64,000 nucleotides of DNA, from contig NC_057755.1 of the NCBI RefSeq assembly GCF_004010195.1, positions 11,010,161 through 11,074,160 on the forward strand, written 5' to 3'. Every line of letters starts with the position of its first letter. Within the stretch, counting starts at the first letter, position 1. This document shows positions 25,931-39,200 of the stretch, piece by piece. Under the pieces are notes generated by a model. The model was not told the origin of the DNA. It worked only from the letters and a program-made list of their open reading frames with translations, and did not search any database. The DNA comes from Chiloscyllium plagiosum. Taxonomy: Eukaryota. The position numbers were made by a program, and so were the translations under genes.

Positions 25931-26599
25931 AACATAGAACATAGAACATAGAAGAATACAGCGTAGTACAGGCCCATTGGCCCTCGATGTTGCGCCCATC
26001 CAAGCCCACCTAACCTACACTAGCCCACTATCCTCCATATGCCTATCCAATGCCCGCTTAAATGCCCATAAAGAGGGAGAGTCCACCACTGCTACTGGCA
26101 GGGCATTCCATGAACTCACGACTCGCTGAGTAAATAACCTACCCCTAACATCTGTCCTATACCTACCACCCTTTAATTTAAATCTATGCCCCCTCGTAAT
26201 AGCTGACTACATACGTGGAAAATGGTTCTCATGGTCAACCCTATCTAAACCCATAATCATCTTGTACACCTCTATCAAGTCACCCCTAAACCGTCTTTTC
26301 TCCAATGAAAACAACCCCAAGTACCTCAGCCTTTCCTCATACGATCTTCCTACCATACCAGGCAACATCCTGGTAAACCTCCTCTGCACCCGTTCCAGTG
26401 CCTCCACATCCTTCCTATAGTATGGCGACCAAAACTGCACACAATACTCCAGATGCGGCCGCACCAGAGTCTTATACAACTGCAACATGATCTCAGGACT
26501 CCGGAACTCAATTCCTCTACCAATAAAAGCCAATACGCCATACGCCTTCTTCACCGCACTATTTACCTGGATGACGACTTTCAAAGTTGCCATCCAGGT
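25931..26599 (-). mobile_element. Young 5'-truncated CR1 insertion with 5-bp TSD GGCAG
   Basis: Intact RT C-terminus (LYKTLVRPHLEYCVQFWSPYYRKD), (TTCTATG)n tail, GGCAG at 25926-25930 and 26600-26604; empty site at ~12490-12510. Confidence 0.9.
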
Positions 26600-27009
26600 G
26601 GCAGCTTTAGGTAAAAGTGATCATAACTAGGTCTCACATCGGATCTGATGGAGAGTTGGTTAGGTCTAAAGATGGTGATTTACTGAGGCGATTGCGAGGA
26701 CATAAGATCAAAGAGAATTTGGAAATCAGATAATGTGTCAAGTTAGTAGAGGCAGTGTCTGACATTGAAGAAGATATTTCGGCATGCTTAGCAGAAGTGC
26801 ATTTTAATGCAAATAAGTGGCCATAAGGTAATAATGCACTTAAGTGACCTGAGGAAGTGAAGCATTGAGTAAAGAAATAGGAAAAATGAAAATACAAGAG
26901 TGGGAATAATGGAAGAATAGCAATAATTACAAAGACAAAATTATGTATAAGGAAGGGCAACTTGAGTACAAGAGAAACATACCACTGGAAATAAAACAAC
27001 AGTTTGCAA

Positions 27010-28420
27010 GAAGGGTAATAGGGAAATTTCTGGCAATTATAGACCAGTCATCTTACGTCTGTGGTCAGCTAATTTTTGGAAAGAATTATGAGGGATATGA
27101 TTTATGACTATTTGGGAAAGCATAGTGTGATTAAAGGCCGTCAGCATGGCTTTGTGAGGGGCAGGTCATGACTCACAAATCTTATTGAGTTCTTTGAGGA
27201 GGTGTCAAGACAGGTCGACGACGGGGTCGGGCAGCAGATGTGGTGTCTGTGGACTTCAGCAAGGCATTTGATAGGGTTCCCCATGGTAGGTTCATTCATA
27301 AAGTCAGGAAGTATGGGGTACAGTGAGATTTGGCTATCTGGATTCAGAATTGGCTGGCTGACAGAAGGCAGAGAGTGGTTGTAGATGGAATGTATTCTGC
27401 TTGGTGGACAGTGTTGAGTGTAGTCCCGCAGGGTTCTGTTCTAGGGCCTCTGTTCTCTGTAGTTTATAGAAATGGCTTGGATGAGAAGGTTGATGCGTGG
27501 GTTAGTACATTTGCCAATGACACAAAGGCTGGAGGTGTCGTCGATAGTATAGAGGGCTACTGCAGGTTGCAGTTCGACATAGACAGGATGCAGAGCTGGG
27601 CTGAGCAATGGCAGATGGAGTTCAACCTGGATAAATGCAAAGTGATGCATTTTGGAATGTCGAACTTGAATGCTGAAGATAAGATTAAAAACAGAATTTT
27701 TGGCAATGTGGAGGAACAGAGGTATCTAGTTTTGCAATTACATAGATCCCTCAAAGTTGTCACCCAAGTGGGTAGGGTTGTTAAGAAGGCATATGGTGGT
27801 TTGGCTTTCATTAACAAGGGGATCGAGTTTAAGAGCTGTGAGGTTTTGCTGCAGCTCTACCAGTCCCTGGTAAGACCACATTTGGAATATAGTGTTCAGT
27901 TCTGTTCGCCCTATTATAGGAAAGATACAGAGGCTTTGGAGAGGGTGCAAAGACGGTTTACCAGGATGCTGCCTGGATGGGAGGGCTTGCCTTAAGAAGA
28001 AAGATTGAATATGCTTGGACTTGTCTCGCTGGAGAGAAGGAGGAAGGGAGGAGACCTGACCGAGGTGTAAAAATAATGAGAGGAATAGATAGAGTCAATA
28101 GCCAGAAACTTTTCCCAGGACAGGTTTGACCAGTATGGTAAGTCATAGTTTGAAAATATTAGGAGGAAGGTATAGAGGAGACGTCAGAGGTAGGTTCTTT
28201 TTACAGAGAGTTATGAATGCATTGAATGCTTTGCCAGCTGTGGTGGTGGAAGCAGAGTCCCTGGGACATTTAAGCGACTGCTGGAAATGCATATGGATAG
28301 CAGTGAACAGAGGGGTGCGTAGGTTGAGTTACTATATTTTACATTTGGATTAAATCTCGGCACAATATCGTGGGCCAAAAGACCTGTTCTGTGCTGTACT
28401 TTTATATGTTCAATATTCTA
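27010..28420 (+). mobile_element. CR1 LINE RT/3' fragment
   Basis: VPQGSVLGPL, FANDTK, LVRPHLEYSVQF (ORF 27330-27995). Confidence 0.9.
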
Positions 28421-31400
28421 TATCTACAGGCATTATTGAACAAAAGAGTAAATGGGCAATATAGAGTTTTCAGGAGAATACATTTGGGGAATATATTTTG
28501 GAAAGGAAGGAGGGAACTGACTGTTGTTAAGAATCCAATTTAGAAGGAGAAATATGTCATGCTTTATTATTCAATAAAATCATGGTTGATATGTTTATGT
28601 TCTGTCTGTACCTGATTACCCTGGGATGCCGTATAAAATTGGAATTTACCTCCCACCACTATCAGCATCATTCACTGACTTGCCTTGACCATCGGCTGAG
28701 GCAGAAAGTTTCAAAATCGAACATCCGTGTGACAGGGTATTTTTATCTTGTCTCAAAGCAGCATTTCCCATTCTACGGAGTTCAGATGGGCAGTTCTTAG
28801 AGAACAGGGTGCTTTATTTTACTGTGTGCCAACTCAGGAATATGGTGGTAGGGGAGGTTCTTTCAACAGAATTATTCTCACATCAAAAATTACAATCCAG
28901 TTTAAAACTTCAATATGTAGAAAGCCAAAGCAGTCTGGTTCCGATTAGGAGATCCTGCAATGAACACAGAGTAGTCACTCAAATAAATCAAACGAACTGT
29001 GTGTGGAAGCTACTCAACAGGCGTAGATTGTGCAAGCAGGGAGTATTAATCGCTGCGCAGCGAGCTGAAGTACAAAGTGGTCTCAGTACACAGTTTATGA
29101 AGCGAGAGTTATGTCGGTGCAGTTGACTATTCAGAACAAAATAAAAATGCATGTATATATTTTCTATGTTATAGTTTTTCGATAAAGTGATAGGCACATC
29201 TCACTATTCAATCTACCACCCCTCCTCACCCCTTTAATTCTCTCCCACAACAAAGATAGGTCCCTCGGTTCTCACTTCCTGTCCCACTATCCTCCACATC
29301 TGTGGAATCATTAGCGGCTATTTCCATCACTTCCTGCCACCGCCAGACATGTTTTCCCCTCCCTCCCACATTCACCTTTCCACAGGGACCATTCTCTCTG
29401 GTATACCCTGGACCACTCCCACATTCCCAACAGCTCCCTGCAACCCCATGTGACCTTACCTTGCAACTGCACAAGCTGTAACACCCACCCATTTACTTAC
29501 TCACTGCTCATTATCCAAGGCTCCAGGCACACTATTTCCAGGTGAAGCAGTGATTTACCTGCACTTCACTCAATGTGATCTATTGTATTGGCTGTTTATA
29601 ATGAGTGCTCCTCTCCACTGCCTGTATGGTCACCTACACAGGCAGAAATGGGAATTACATCCTGCTGAAGGAATCTGAGATTTCGAAGTTTAATTTGGAA
29701 GGAATTGGAAGGAACGATATAAATTGTTATTTGCAGAAAGTTTTTGCTTATTTTAATTTGGAGAGACATTCTGATAACTGTTAAAAGATGCTAACATACA
29801 ACTCAGAAGTCACTGTGGCATGTACCTGGGACTCCTGGTTTAGAGTTAGGGACACTATCAATGTGTCACAAGTTCCCTCGAAGTTTGGTTTCCATCTGCA
29901 TTGTGGCACTGAGGGGAACAGTCTGCCCTTCAGTTCTGCTGTTTTACACATTCAATACTATTTTCGATCAGATTAAAACGATACTTGATCAAAACAAGGA
30001 GCAGATGCTGCCAGAACATTCTCTAGGTTGCTGCATAAATGACGATGTTGGTGCAGGAGCTCAGTAACTGTGCAGCCACACGATACAACATCAGGGCAGG
30101 ACATATACACGTAATGCTATGCTCCATGCGAGTGTTGCTGAATAAAGAGACATTGGATTGCAGGTTCATAGTTCCTTACAAATGGAGGCGCAGCCAGATA
30201 GGATAATGAAGAAGGCATTGATATGTTTGCCTTTATTGTTCAAGGCATTGAATATCGGAGTTGAAATGTCATATTGCAGCTGTGCAGGCGTGGCAAAATT
30301 TGGAATACTGCGTCAATTTGCTTTAGGAAGGAAGTTGTTAAACGTGAAAGAGTTCAGAAAAGATTTGCGAGAACATTGCTCGGGTTGGAGTTTTGACCCA
30401 TTGAGAGAAGTTGAACAGGCTTGGGCTGCTTTCCCTGGAGCCAGAGACTGTTGCGTGACATTATAGAAGTTTATAAAATTGCGAGGGGGCGTGGATAGTG
30501 TGAATAGCCAAAGACCTTTTCCCAAGTGTCATGTAGTCCAGAAGTAGCGGGCATAGGTTTAGGGTGAGAGGGAAAACGTTTGAAAGGTGCCGAAACAACA
30601 GCATTCTCACACAGAGGTTGGTGTGTGCATGAAATGAGCTGCCAGAGGAAGAGGTGGAAGCTGGTAGAATGACAATGTTTATAAGTCATCTGGATGGGTA
30701 AACGAATAGGAAGGATTTAGAGGTATACGGGCCAAATACTGGTAAATGGGATAAGATTAACTTGGAATATCTGGTTGGCATGTTTGAATTGAAATTGAAA
30801 TGGAAAGTCCGTTTCCATGCTGCCCATCTCAAGTTTGACAACAACAGGGAATACGCTGTTCTTGAATCTTTTAGTGCGTGTTTTCAAAGTTTTCTATCTT
30901 TTTCCCAAGCGAAGAAAATGGAAGAGGAGTGGGTGGGAGGGGTCTTTGATAATGTTGGCCGCTTTTCAAAGACAGTGAGAAGTACAGACGGAGTCAATGG
31001 ATGGAAGGTTGGTTTTCATGATGGACTGGGCTGCACTCACAACTCCCTGGAATTTCTTGCATTCGTGGCCAGAGCAGTTGCCACACTGCGCTGTGATGCA
31101 TGCAGTTACGATGCTTTCTATGGTGCATCTTTAGATACTTATAAGAGTTATTGTGTTTTCTTGACTGCATTTTTGGTGTCGGTGGACCAGGCCAGATGGT
31201 TGGTGATGTTAATTCCGAGGAAGCTGACGCTCTCGATTATCTCCACCTGTGCACAATTGACGCAGACAGAAGTGTGTTCTCCACTCCGCTTCCTGAAGTC
31301 AATGACTAGCTCCTTCCTTTCGTTGACATTGAGGGAGCAATAGTTGTATTTGCAACCGAGTTTACACCAAATGAGGTCAATGCTGGGGGCTACTCTATCG

Positions 31401-32039
31401 GTGATTGTGGAACCAGTCTATCGAAACATTTGCTAATGTCTCCAATCCTTAAGTTGGCAGAAGACCTAGGCCAGGCTGAGAACCTATTCCAGGGAACCCT
31501 CTACACACTAAGGGGACAACTTCGATTCTGGTCTCATATGAGACACGGCGGATTCAGTCATCATCAAATGGGCCCAAGCTTAATGGTGTGATACTGGGTC
31601 AAAAAGATTCAGCTTGCTTGGCTCAATACTTTACAATCAGTAAATGGTCGCCTGAATGAAGTCTGAATTAATTACCCAGATGTTTTTCAGGAAGGTCTAG
31701 GCATTACCAAATGCGCCAAGGTCACCTCGCATGTTGACTGGGAGGAAATTACCCGAATCTGCAAGGCCCGTCAGCGCCATTTTCCTTCCGCATAAAGGCA
31801 GATGCTGAAATCAGGAGGCTGGATAGGGAAAGAATCATCAACCCAGGACAGTTTGGAGAATGGGCAGCAACGGACCCTCCAACAGTGTGGCTCTCCCTCA
31901 GTGTTGACCCTCCGACAGCACAGCACTTCCTTAGTACCGAGAGTTCCGACAGGACAGTTCTGCCTCGATCGCGACGGCAGAGGTTAATGTCACGTGAGGT
32001 TAGGGCGAGCTGAATTCGTCTCTTCTTGAACCTTCGCAG

Positions 32040-32236
32040 GTTGCAGTGGGATCGGGGCTGACGACGGGAAGTTCAGATTTGACACGTTCTCCCACATGTG
32101 GTCGTACCTGCTGAAGAATGTTGGGATGAAAAATAGCAACGCTATCCATTACCCTCCGTAGTACGAAGAAAAAGTCAACTGGCTCCTGTGGGCCAGTGAC
32201 ATTCAGAAGACAGACTGTAGCTGTCAGCTGGTGTAG
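32040..32236 (+). pseudogene. ALDH3B1: Orphan terminal exon of an aldehyde dehydrogenase 3B-like gene with in-frame stop
   Basis: Acceptor TCTCTTCTTGAACCTTCGCAG|GT. Translation (G)CSGIGADDGKFRFDTFSHMWSYLLKNVGMKNSNAIHYPP*YEEKVNWLLWASDIQKTDCSCQLV* matches the ALDH3 C-terminus (SGMGxYHGKFSFDTFSH...RYPP) with an ALDH3B-type CaaX end. TAG at 32159-32161; AATAAA ~32518. Exact paralogue uncertain. Confidence 0.85.
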
Positions 32237-33267
32237 AGTTGCACCCTGAGCCAATCTGTAGAATTGTTCTCCACTACAATCGTTCAGCATCCAAACTGCA
32301 TTAAAACCTGGTGCTAGTTGTTTAATACCTGTCATCTATCACTGTTGCCACCCTTTCCTTACAACATGGAACAGCAAACCGTTTGCTCCTGCTTCCTCTT
32401 TGAGTACAATGAGCACATCCCTTAATACTGATTACACAGCAGGACTACCCAGCTGCCTAAGACACATTACCTCGTCATTTTGTGCGTTCCTCATTGCTGT
32501 TCCTCTTTGAAAATTAAAATAAATAAACAAATAATTGTTTAACACTTGAAAAACCCAGATTCCAGAATCTTTCCTGTTTGATTAAAGCACGTTGGGCCAA
32601 AATATCACTGATCTTCTCTGCCACATTGGTTGAAATATTCCTGGATTTTCTTGCATTGTGACTCAAGATTAGAGGAAGAAATGGGAATAACATAGGATTG
32701 CAGTGGTAGTGGGCGCAGTGTTTACAGTGCAGCAGGATTGTTGACCACAGTACCAACTCTGGAAGGCTGTCACTTTTTATTCACTCATAGCACACAGCCG
32801 TCATTGGCTGGGCCTAGGATTTACTGCCAGTCCCGAATTGCTCCTCTTTGAGAAGGTGTGGGTGAGCTGTCTTCTTCAATCACTGCTGACCATGTGCTGT
32901 TGGTAGACCCACAATGCTATTCGACCGGAAGTTCCAGGATTTTGACCCAGTGACAGTGAAGGAACAGTGATGTATTTCCAAGTCAGGATGGTGAGTGACT
33001 CAGAAGGGATCGTTGTGAGTCTGGGGCGAGATAGAAAGAATGGAGCAAGAGACCGACTGAATCCAAATGCGTCATCTTCCATATCGCCCAGTTTCCGTTG
33101 ATGATGGCGAACCAGGGACAGATTGAACTGACTTCTTCAGTACACACAATGGATCCCACTTTCAAGCGGAACAGGGATGGCGACTGCGGTGAAGTTAATG
33201 TTTTGACTAATATTTCATCCTCATGTGTCTTTAATCCTGACCAAACCATGCAGTTAACCTTTTACTG

Positions 33268-33491
33268 GAGAAAGTGAGGACTGCAGATGCTGGAGATCAG
33301 AGCTGAAAATGTGTTGCTGGAAAAGCGCAGCAGGTCAGGCAGCATCCAAGGAACAGGAGAATCGACGTTTCGGGCATAAGCCCTTCTTCAGGAATGAGGA
33401 AAGTGTGCCCAGCAGGCTAAGATAAAAGGTAGGGAGGAGGGACTTGGGGGAGGGGCGTTGAAAATGCGATAGATGGAAGGAGGTCAAGGGC
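33268..33491 (-). mobile_element. Short Penelope-like terminal-repeat insertion with 15-bp TSD
   Basis: GTTAACCTTTTACTG at 33253-33267 and 33492-33506; same family end at 15846-15892, related piece at 55445-55507. Confidence 0.75.
33360..33395 (-). ncRNA. Putative minimal type I hammerhead ribozyme
   Basis: Minus strand ATTC-CTGAAGA-A-GGGC-TTAT-GCCC-GAAA-CGTC-GATT: CUGANGA and GAAA cores, 4-bp stem II, GUC cleavage triplet. Confidence 0.6.
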
Positions 33492-33544
33492 GTTAACCTT
33501 TTACTGCCCTCCGTAATGAAGCAGTGAGACACTCAGACTTGGAG

Positions 33545-33885
33545 CACAGAGCAATGCGGTATGTGTTCATGGTGTGTGTGCGTGTATGTGTATGTGTGTG
33601 TCTGTACAGGGGTGTACAAATGTGTGCACAGGGGCATGTGCGTGTGTACACGAGTGTATGTCTGTATGTACTGGAGCATGTATGCGTGTACAAGCACATG
33701 CGTGTGTGTGTGTGTGTATAGGGATGTGTTAGTCCATACAGGGTGTGCGTGTTCAAGAGTATGTGTGTTTACAGAGGTTTGTGCGTGTGTGCACGTGTGC
33801 ATGTACAAGTGTGTGCGCGCGTCTGTATACTGGAGTGTCTGTGTGTGTGTGTATATAGGTGTAAGTGTATTTATAGGGGTGTATT
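33545..33885. repeat. (TG)-rich simple repeat
   Basis: Imperfect TG/TA dinucleotide tract. Confidence 0.9.
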
Positions 33886-33949
33886 TGCTTTTTACAAAAT
33901 GAAGGTTTGGAGAGAGAAGGGATGATTTTTCTCGAGGTTCGAATGTAAC

Positions 33950-34200
33950 AGCTCAGTGTCACAAGACTCTATACTCCATGCCTGTTCCCCATTGTGTGAA
34001 CGGGAACTTCATCGATTCAGTGAGAGATGCTGCAGTACTGACAGAAACCGACTGGTCTCCCACGGGAACGAGTCATCCTTTGAGCGAGAGTCACAGACTG
34101 ACACGTGCCAAGATCCAGGAAAACTTGCTGATGGACTCACTACAGCTCAGGGCAGTGAGCAACATCCATTCAGGAAAACCCACTGCCTCAACTTGATCTG
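33950..34200 (+). mobile_element. Decayed Tx1-like LINE ORF2 C-terminus
   Basis: ESHRLTRAKIQENLLMDSLQL...GKPT resembles the Tx1-type ORF2 end. Confidence 0.4.
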
Positions 34201-34594
34201 CCATTATCGAGTGAGGGCAGACATCCTCACAGCTCCGACTGGAATGTGTATATTTTTTATCATATTCAGCTAATTTTCCATTTGGATGGAAGCACATAAC
34301 AAACGATAAGAAATAGGAACAGGTATGGGCCACTCGTCCCCTCCACCTTGCTCCATCACTCAGTAGGATCATAGCTGATCCGATAATCCTCATGTCTACA
34401 TTCTTTCCTCGATACCCTTGATTCCCCGACTGATCAGTAATCTATCTGTCTCAGCCTTCAATATACACAAGGACTCTACCCCACCCTATCGCTCTGTGAG
34501 TAGGAGTTTCAAAGGCTCACATCCCTCTGGGAGAAGAAACCCTTCCCCATCTCAGTCTTACATTAATGACCAGAGTGTGCCGTCTGCTCCCAGA

Positions 34595-35668
34595 CTCTGG
34601 TGGGAAAGATGCTGGAGTCTATTATAAAGGATGAAATTACTGCACATCTGGATAGTAGTAACAGGATAGGACAGAATCAGCATGGATATATGAAGGGGAA
34701 ATCATGCTTGACTAATCTTCTTGAATTTTTTGAGGATGTCACTATGAAGTTGGACGAGGGAAATCCAGTAGATGTAGTGTACTTGGACTTTCAGAAAGCT
34801 TTTGATAAAGTCCCACACAGGAGGTTAGTGAGTAAAATTAGGGCGCATGGTATTGGGGGCAAAGTACTAGATTGGATTGAAAATTGGTTGGCTAATAGGA
34901 AACAAAAGGTAGTGATAAACGGCTCCATTTCGGAATGGCAGGCAGTGACCAGTGGGGTACCGCAGGGATCCGTGCTGGGACCACAGCTTTTTACAATATA
35001 TGTTAATGATATAGAAGAAGGTATCAGCAATAACATTAGCAAATTTGCTGATGATACAAAGCTGGGTGGCAGGGTGAAATGTGAGAAGGATGTTAGGAGA
35101 TTACAGGATGACCTGGANNNNNNNNNNNNNNNNNNNNNNNNNNNNNNNNNNNNNNNNNNNNNNNNNNNNNNNNNNNNNNNNNNNNNNNNNNNNNNNNNNN
35201 NNNNNNNNNNNNNNNNNNNNNNNNNNNNNNNNNNNNNNNNNNNNNNNNNNNNNNNNNNNNNNNNNNNNNNNNNNNNNNNNNNNNNNNNNNNNNNNNNNNN
35301 NNNNNNNNNNNNNNNNNNNNNNNNNNTGGCAGTAGGAAACATATTTTCACTGATGGGTGAGTGCCGAACCAGAGGACACAGCTTAAAAATACGGGGTAGA
35401 CCATTTAGGACAGAGCTCAGGAGAAACCTCTTCACCCAGAGAGTGGTGGCTGTGTGGAATGCTCTGCCACAGGGGGCAGTGGAGGCCCACTCTCTGGATT
35501 CATTTAAGAAGGAGTTGGATAGAGCTCTCAAAGATAGTGGAATCAAGGGTTATGGAGATAAGGTAGGAACAGGATACTGATTAGAAATGATCAGCCATGA
35601 TTATATTGAATGGCGGTGCAGGCTCGAAGGGATGAATGGCCTACTCCTGCACCTATTGTCTATTGTCT
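34595..35668 (+). mobile_element. Young CR1 LINE RT (spans gap), nested in an older minus-strand CR1 (~34300-36260)
   Basis: QHGYMKGKSCLTNLLEFFE, YLDFQKAFDKVPH, GVPQGSVLGP, SKFADDTK; (TATTGTC)n tail. Confidence 0.92.
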
Positions 35669-36267
35669 CCCTAAGGGGAAACACCCTTTCAGCACTTACC
35701 ATCAAGCCCCTTCAGAATCCGATATATTCCAAGGAGACACCTCGCATTCTTCTAAACTTCAGCAAGTAGAGTCCCAACCTATTTAACCATTGCTCGTAAA
35801 ACAATTCCTCCATATCAGAGATCATTCTCATGAACCTTCCCTGAACTGCCTACAATTAAGTCACATCTTTCATTGAATAAGTGATCAAAACACATCACAG
35901 AGCTAGTCTCTAGACGTAGTCTCCCCAGCAACAGTAAAACTTCCCTCCTTTTATACTCCAACCCGCGTTGAAATAAGTACGAACATTCCATTAACCCCCT
36001 TCCCGATTATTTGCTACCACTATATGATGGCTTTCTGTGCTTCGTGCACAGTTTCTCCCAGGGCCAGTTGTGCTGTCTTTCTGACGTTTTCCTCCATTTA
36101 AGTAGTAGTTTTCTTTTATTTTCTCTTCCAAAATGGCCTTTACATGTTCCCACTTTATACTCCATTTGCTACTTTTTGCCCACTCATTTTACTGATCAAT
36201 ATCTCTCCGCAAATGCCTGTATCCATCTCGCAACCTGTCTTTCTACCTTTCTCTCTCAAGGTAAACA

Positions 36268-39200
36268 TGGAACATAGAACATAGAACATTAAAGCGCAAT
36301 CCAGGCCCTTCGGCCCGCGATGTTGTGCCGACCTGTCATACCAATTTTAACCCAATCTAATCTACACTATTCCATGTATGTCCATGTATTTGCCCAATTA
36401 TGACTTAGATGTACTTAAAGCTGGCGAATCTACTACCATTGCAGGCAAAGCATTCCATGCCCTTACTACTCTCTGAGTAAAGAATCTACCACTGATATCT
36501 CTCCTATATCTATCACCCCTCAATTTAAAGCTATGCACCTCGTGCTCGCCGTCACCATACTTGGAAAAGGTCTCTCCCTGTCCACCCTATCTAACCTTCT
36601 GATTATCTTATATGTCTCTACTATGTCACCTCTCAACCTTCTTCTAACGAAAACAGCCTCAAGTCCCTCAGCCTTTCCTCATAAGACTTTCCCTCCATAC
36701 CAGTCAACATCTTAGTAAATCTCCTCTGCACCCTTTCCAAAGCTTCCACATCCTTCCACATCATCTATAATGCGGTGACCAGAACTGTACACAATACTCC
36801 AAGTGCGGCCGCACCAGAGTTTTGTACAGCTGTAGCATAACCTCATGGTTCCGGAACTCAATCCCTCTAATAATAAAAGCTATAACACAGAATGCCATCT
36901 TAACATCCTGTCATCCTGGGTGGCAACTTTCAAGGATCCGTGTACCAGGAAACCGAGATCTCTCTGCTCATCTGCGCTACCAAGAATCTTACCATTAGCC
37001 CAGTACTTTGCATTCCGGTTACTCCAAGCAAAGTGAATCACCTCACACTTGTTCGCATTAAACTCCATTTGCCACCTCTCAGCCCAGCTCTGCAGCTTAT
37101 CTATGTCTCTCTGTAACCTACAACATCCTTCGTCACTATCCACAACTCCACCAACCTTCGTGTCGTCAGCAAAGTTACTAACCCACCCTTCTACGCCCTC
37201 ACCCAGGTCATTTATAAAAGTGATGAACAGCAGTGGACCCAACACTGAACCCTGTGACACACCACTGGTAACTGGACTCCAGGATGAGCATTTCTCATCA
37301 ACCACCACCCCCTGTCTTTTTTCAGCAAGCCGATTACTGATCCAACTGCCATATCACCCACAATCCCATTCCTCTGCACTTTGCACAATAGCCTACTGTG
37401 GGGAACCTTATCAAACGCCTTGCTAAAGTCCATATACACCACATAAACCAGTTTACTCTCATCTAGCTGTTTGGTCACCTTCTCAAAGAACTCAATAAGG
37501 TTTGTGAGGCATGACCCACCCTTCACAAAACCACGCTGACTATCCCTCATCAAATTATTATTTTCTAGATGACTATAAATCCTATCTCTTATAACCTTTT
37601 CCAACACTTTACCAACAACTGATGTAAGGCTCACTGGTCTATAATTACCAGGATTGTCTCCACTCCCCTTCTTGAACAGGGGAACCACATTTGCTATCCT
37701 CCAGTCTTCTGGCACTATTCCTGTAGACAATTACGATTTAAAGATCAATGCCAAAGGCTCGGCAATCTGCTCCCTGCCTTCCCAGAGGATCCTAGGATAA
37801 ATCCCATTCAGCCCAGGGGGCTTATCTATTTTCACACTCTGCAGGATTTCTAATACCTCTTCCTTGTGAACCCCAATCACACATAGTCTAATAGCTTGTA
37901 TCTCAGTATCCTCGCCGACAACATTGTCGTTTTCTGGAGTGAATACTGTCGAAAAATATTCATTAAGTACTTCCCCTATCTCCTCTGGCTCCACACACAA
38001 CTTCCCACTACTATCCTTGATTGGCCCTAATCTTACTCTCGTCATTCTTTTATTCCTTACATACCTATAGAAAGCCTTAGGGGTTGCTCTGATTCTATCC
38101 GCCAACAACTTCTCATGTCTCCTCCTGGCTCTTCTGAACTCTCTCTTTAGTCTTTCCTGGCTACCTTGTAACCCTCAAGCACCCTAACTGAGTTTTCACA
38201 TCTCATCCTAACATAAGCCTTCTTCTTCCTTTTGACAAGAGATTCCACTTCCTTCGCACACCATAGCTCCCGCACTCTATCACTTCCTCCCTGCCTGACA
38301 GGTTCATACTTATCTAGGAGACATAGGAGCTTTTCCTTGAATAAGCTCCACATTTCTAATATGCACATCCCCTGAAGTTTCCTTCCCCATCCCATGCTTC
38401 CTCAATGTTGCCTAATCACATCGTACTTGCCTTTCCCCCAGCTGTAACTCTTGCCCAGTGGCACACACCTATTCCTTTCTATCACTAAAATAAACATAAC
38501 AGAGTTATGATTGCGATCACCAAAGTGCTCACCTACTTCCAAGTCTAACACCTGGCTGGGCTCATTACCCAGTACCAAATCTAATGTGGCTTCGCCCCTT
38601 GTTGGCCTGTCTACATCCTCTGTCAGGACGTCCTCCTGCACAAAAAACTGACCCATCTATAGTTATCGTACTACAGTGTTCCCAGTCAATTTTTCTAATG
38701 TTGAAGTCCCCCATGACAACTACCCTGTGTCTTTCACTCCTATTGAGAATCATCTTTGCTATCCTTTCCTCTACATCTCTGGAACTATCGGAGGCCTATA
38801 GAAAACTCCCAGTATGGTGACTTCTCCTTTCCTGTTTCTAACCTCAGCCCATACTACCTCAGTTGACCAGTCTCCAAACATCCTTTCTGCAACTGTAATA
38901 CTGTCCTTGACCAACAATGCCACCCCCCTCCAACTTTTACCATCTTCTCGGTTCTTACTGAAACATCTAAATCCTGGAACCTGCAATGACCACTCCTGTC
39001 CCTGCTATATCCATGTCTCCTAAATGTCCACAACATCGAAGTCCCAGGTACCAACCCATGCTGCAGGTTCACCCACCTTATTCCGGATGGTCCTGGCATT
39101 GAAGTAGACACGCTTCAAAACAACTTCTTGCTTGCCGGTGCCATCTTGCATCCCTGAAACTTGATTTTGGACCTCCCTACTCTCAACATTTTCTATACTC

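Larger units (their letters stand above)
23080..31874 (+). repeat. Right arm of inverted segmental duplication (partner 7530-15345)
   Basis: Reverse complement of the left arm; carries an extra CR1 insertion (25931-26599) and ends inside the Gypsy relic at ~31874. Confidence 0.95.

Noticed and set aside
32000..32335. 111-aa minus-strand ORF
   Set aside because: Antisense shadow of the ALDH3B-like exon.
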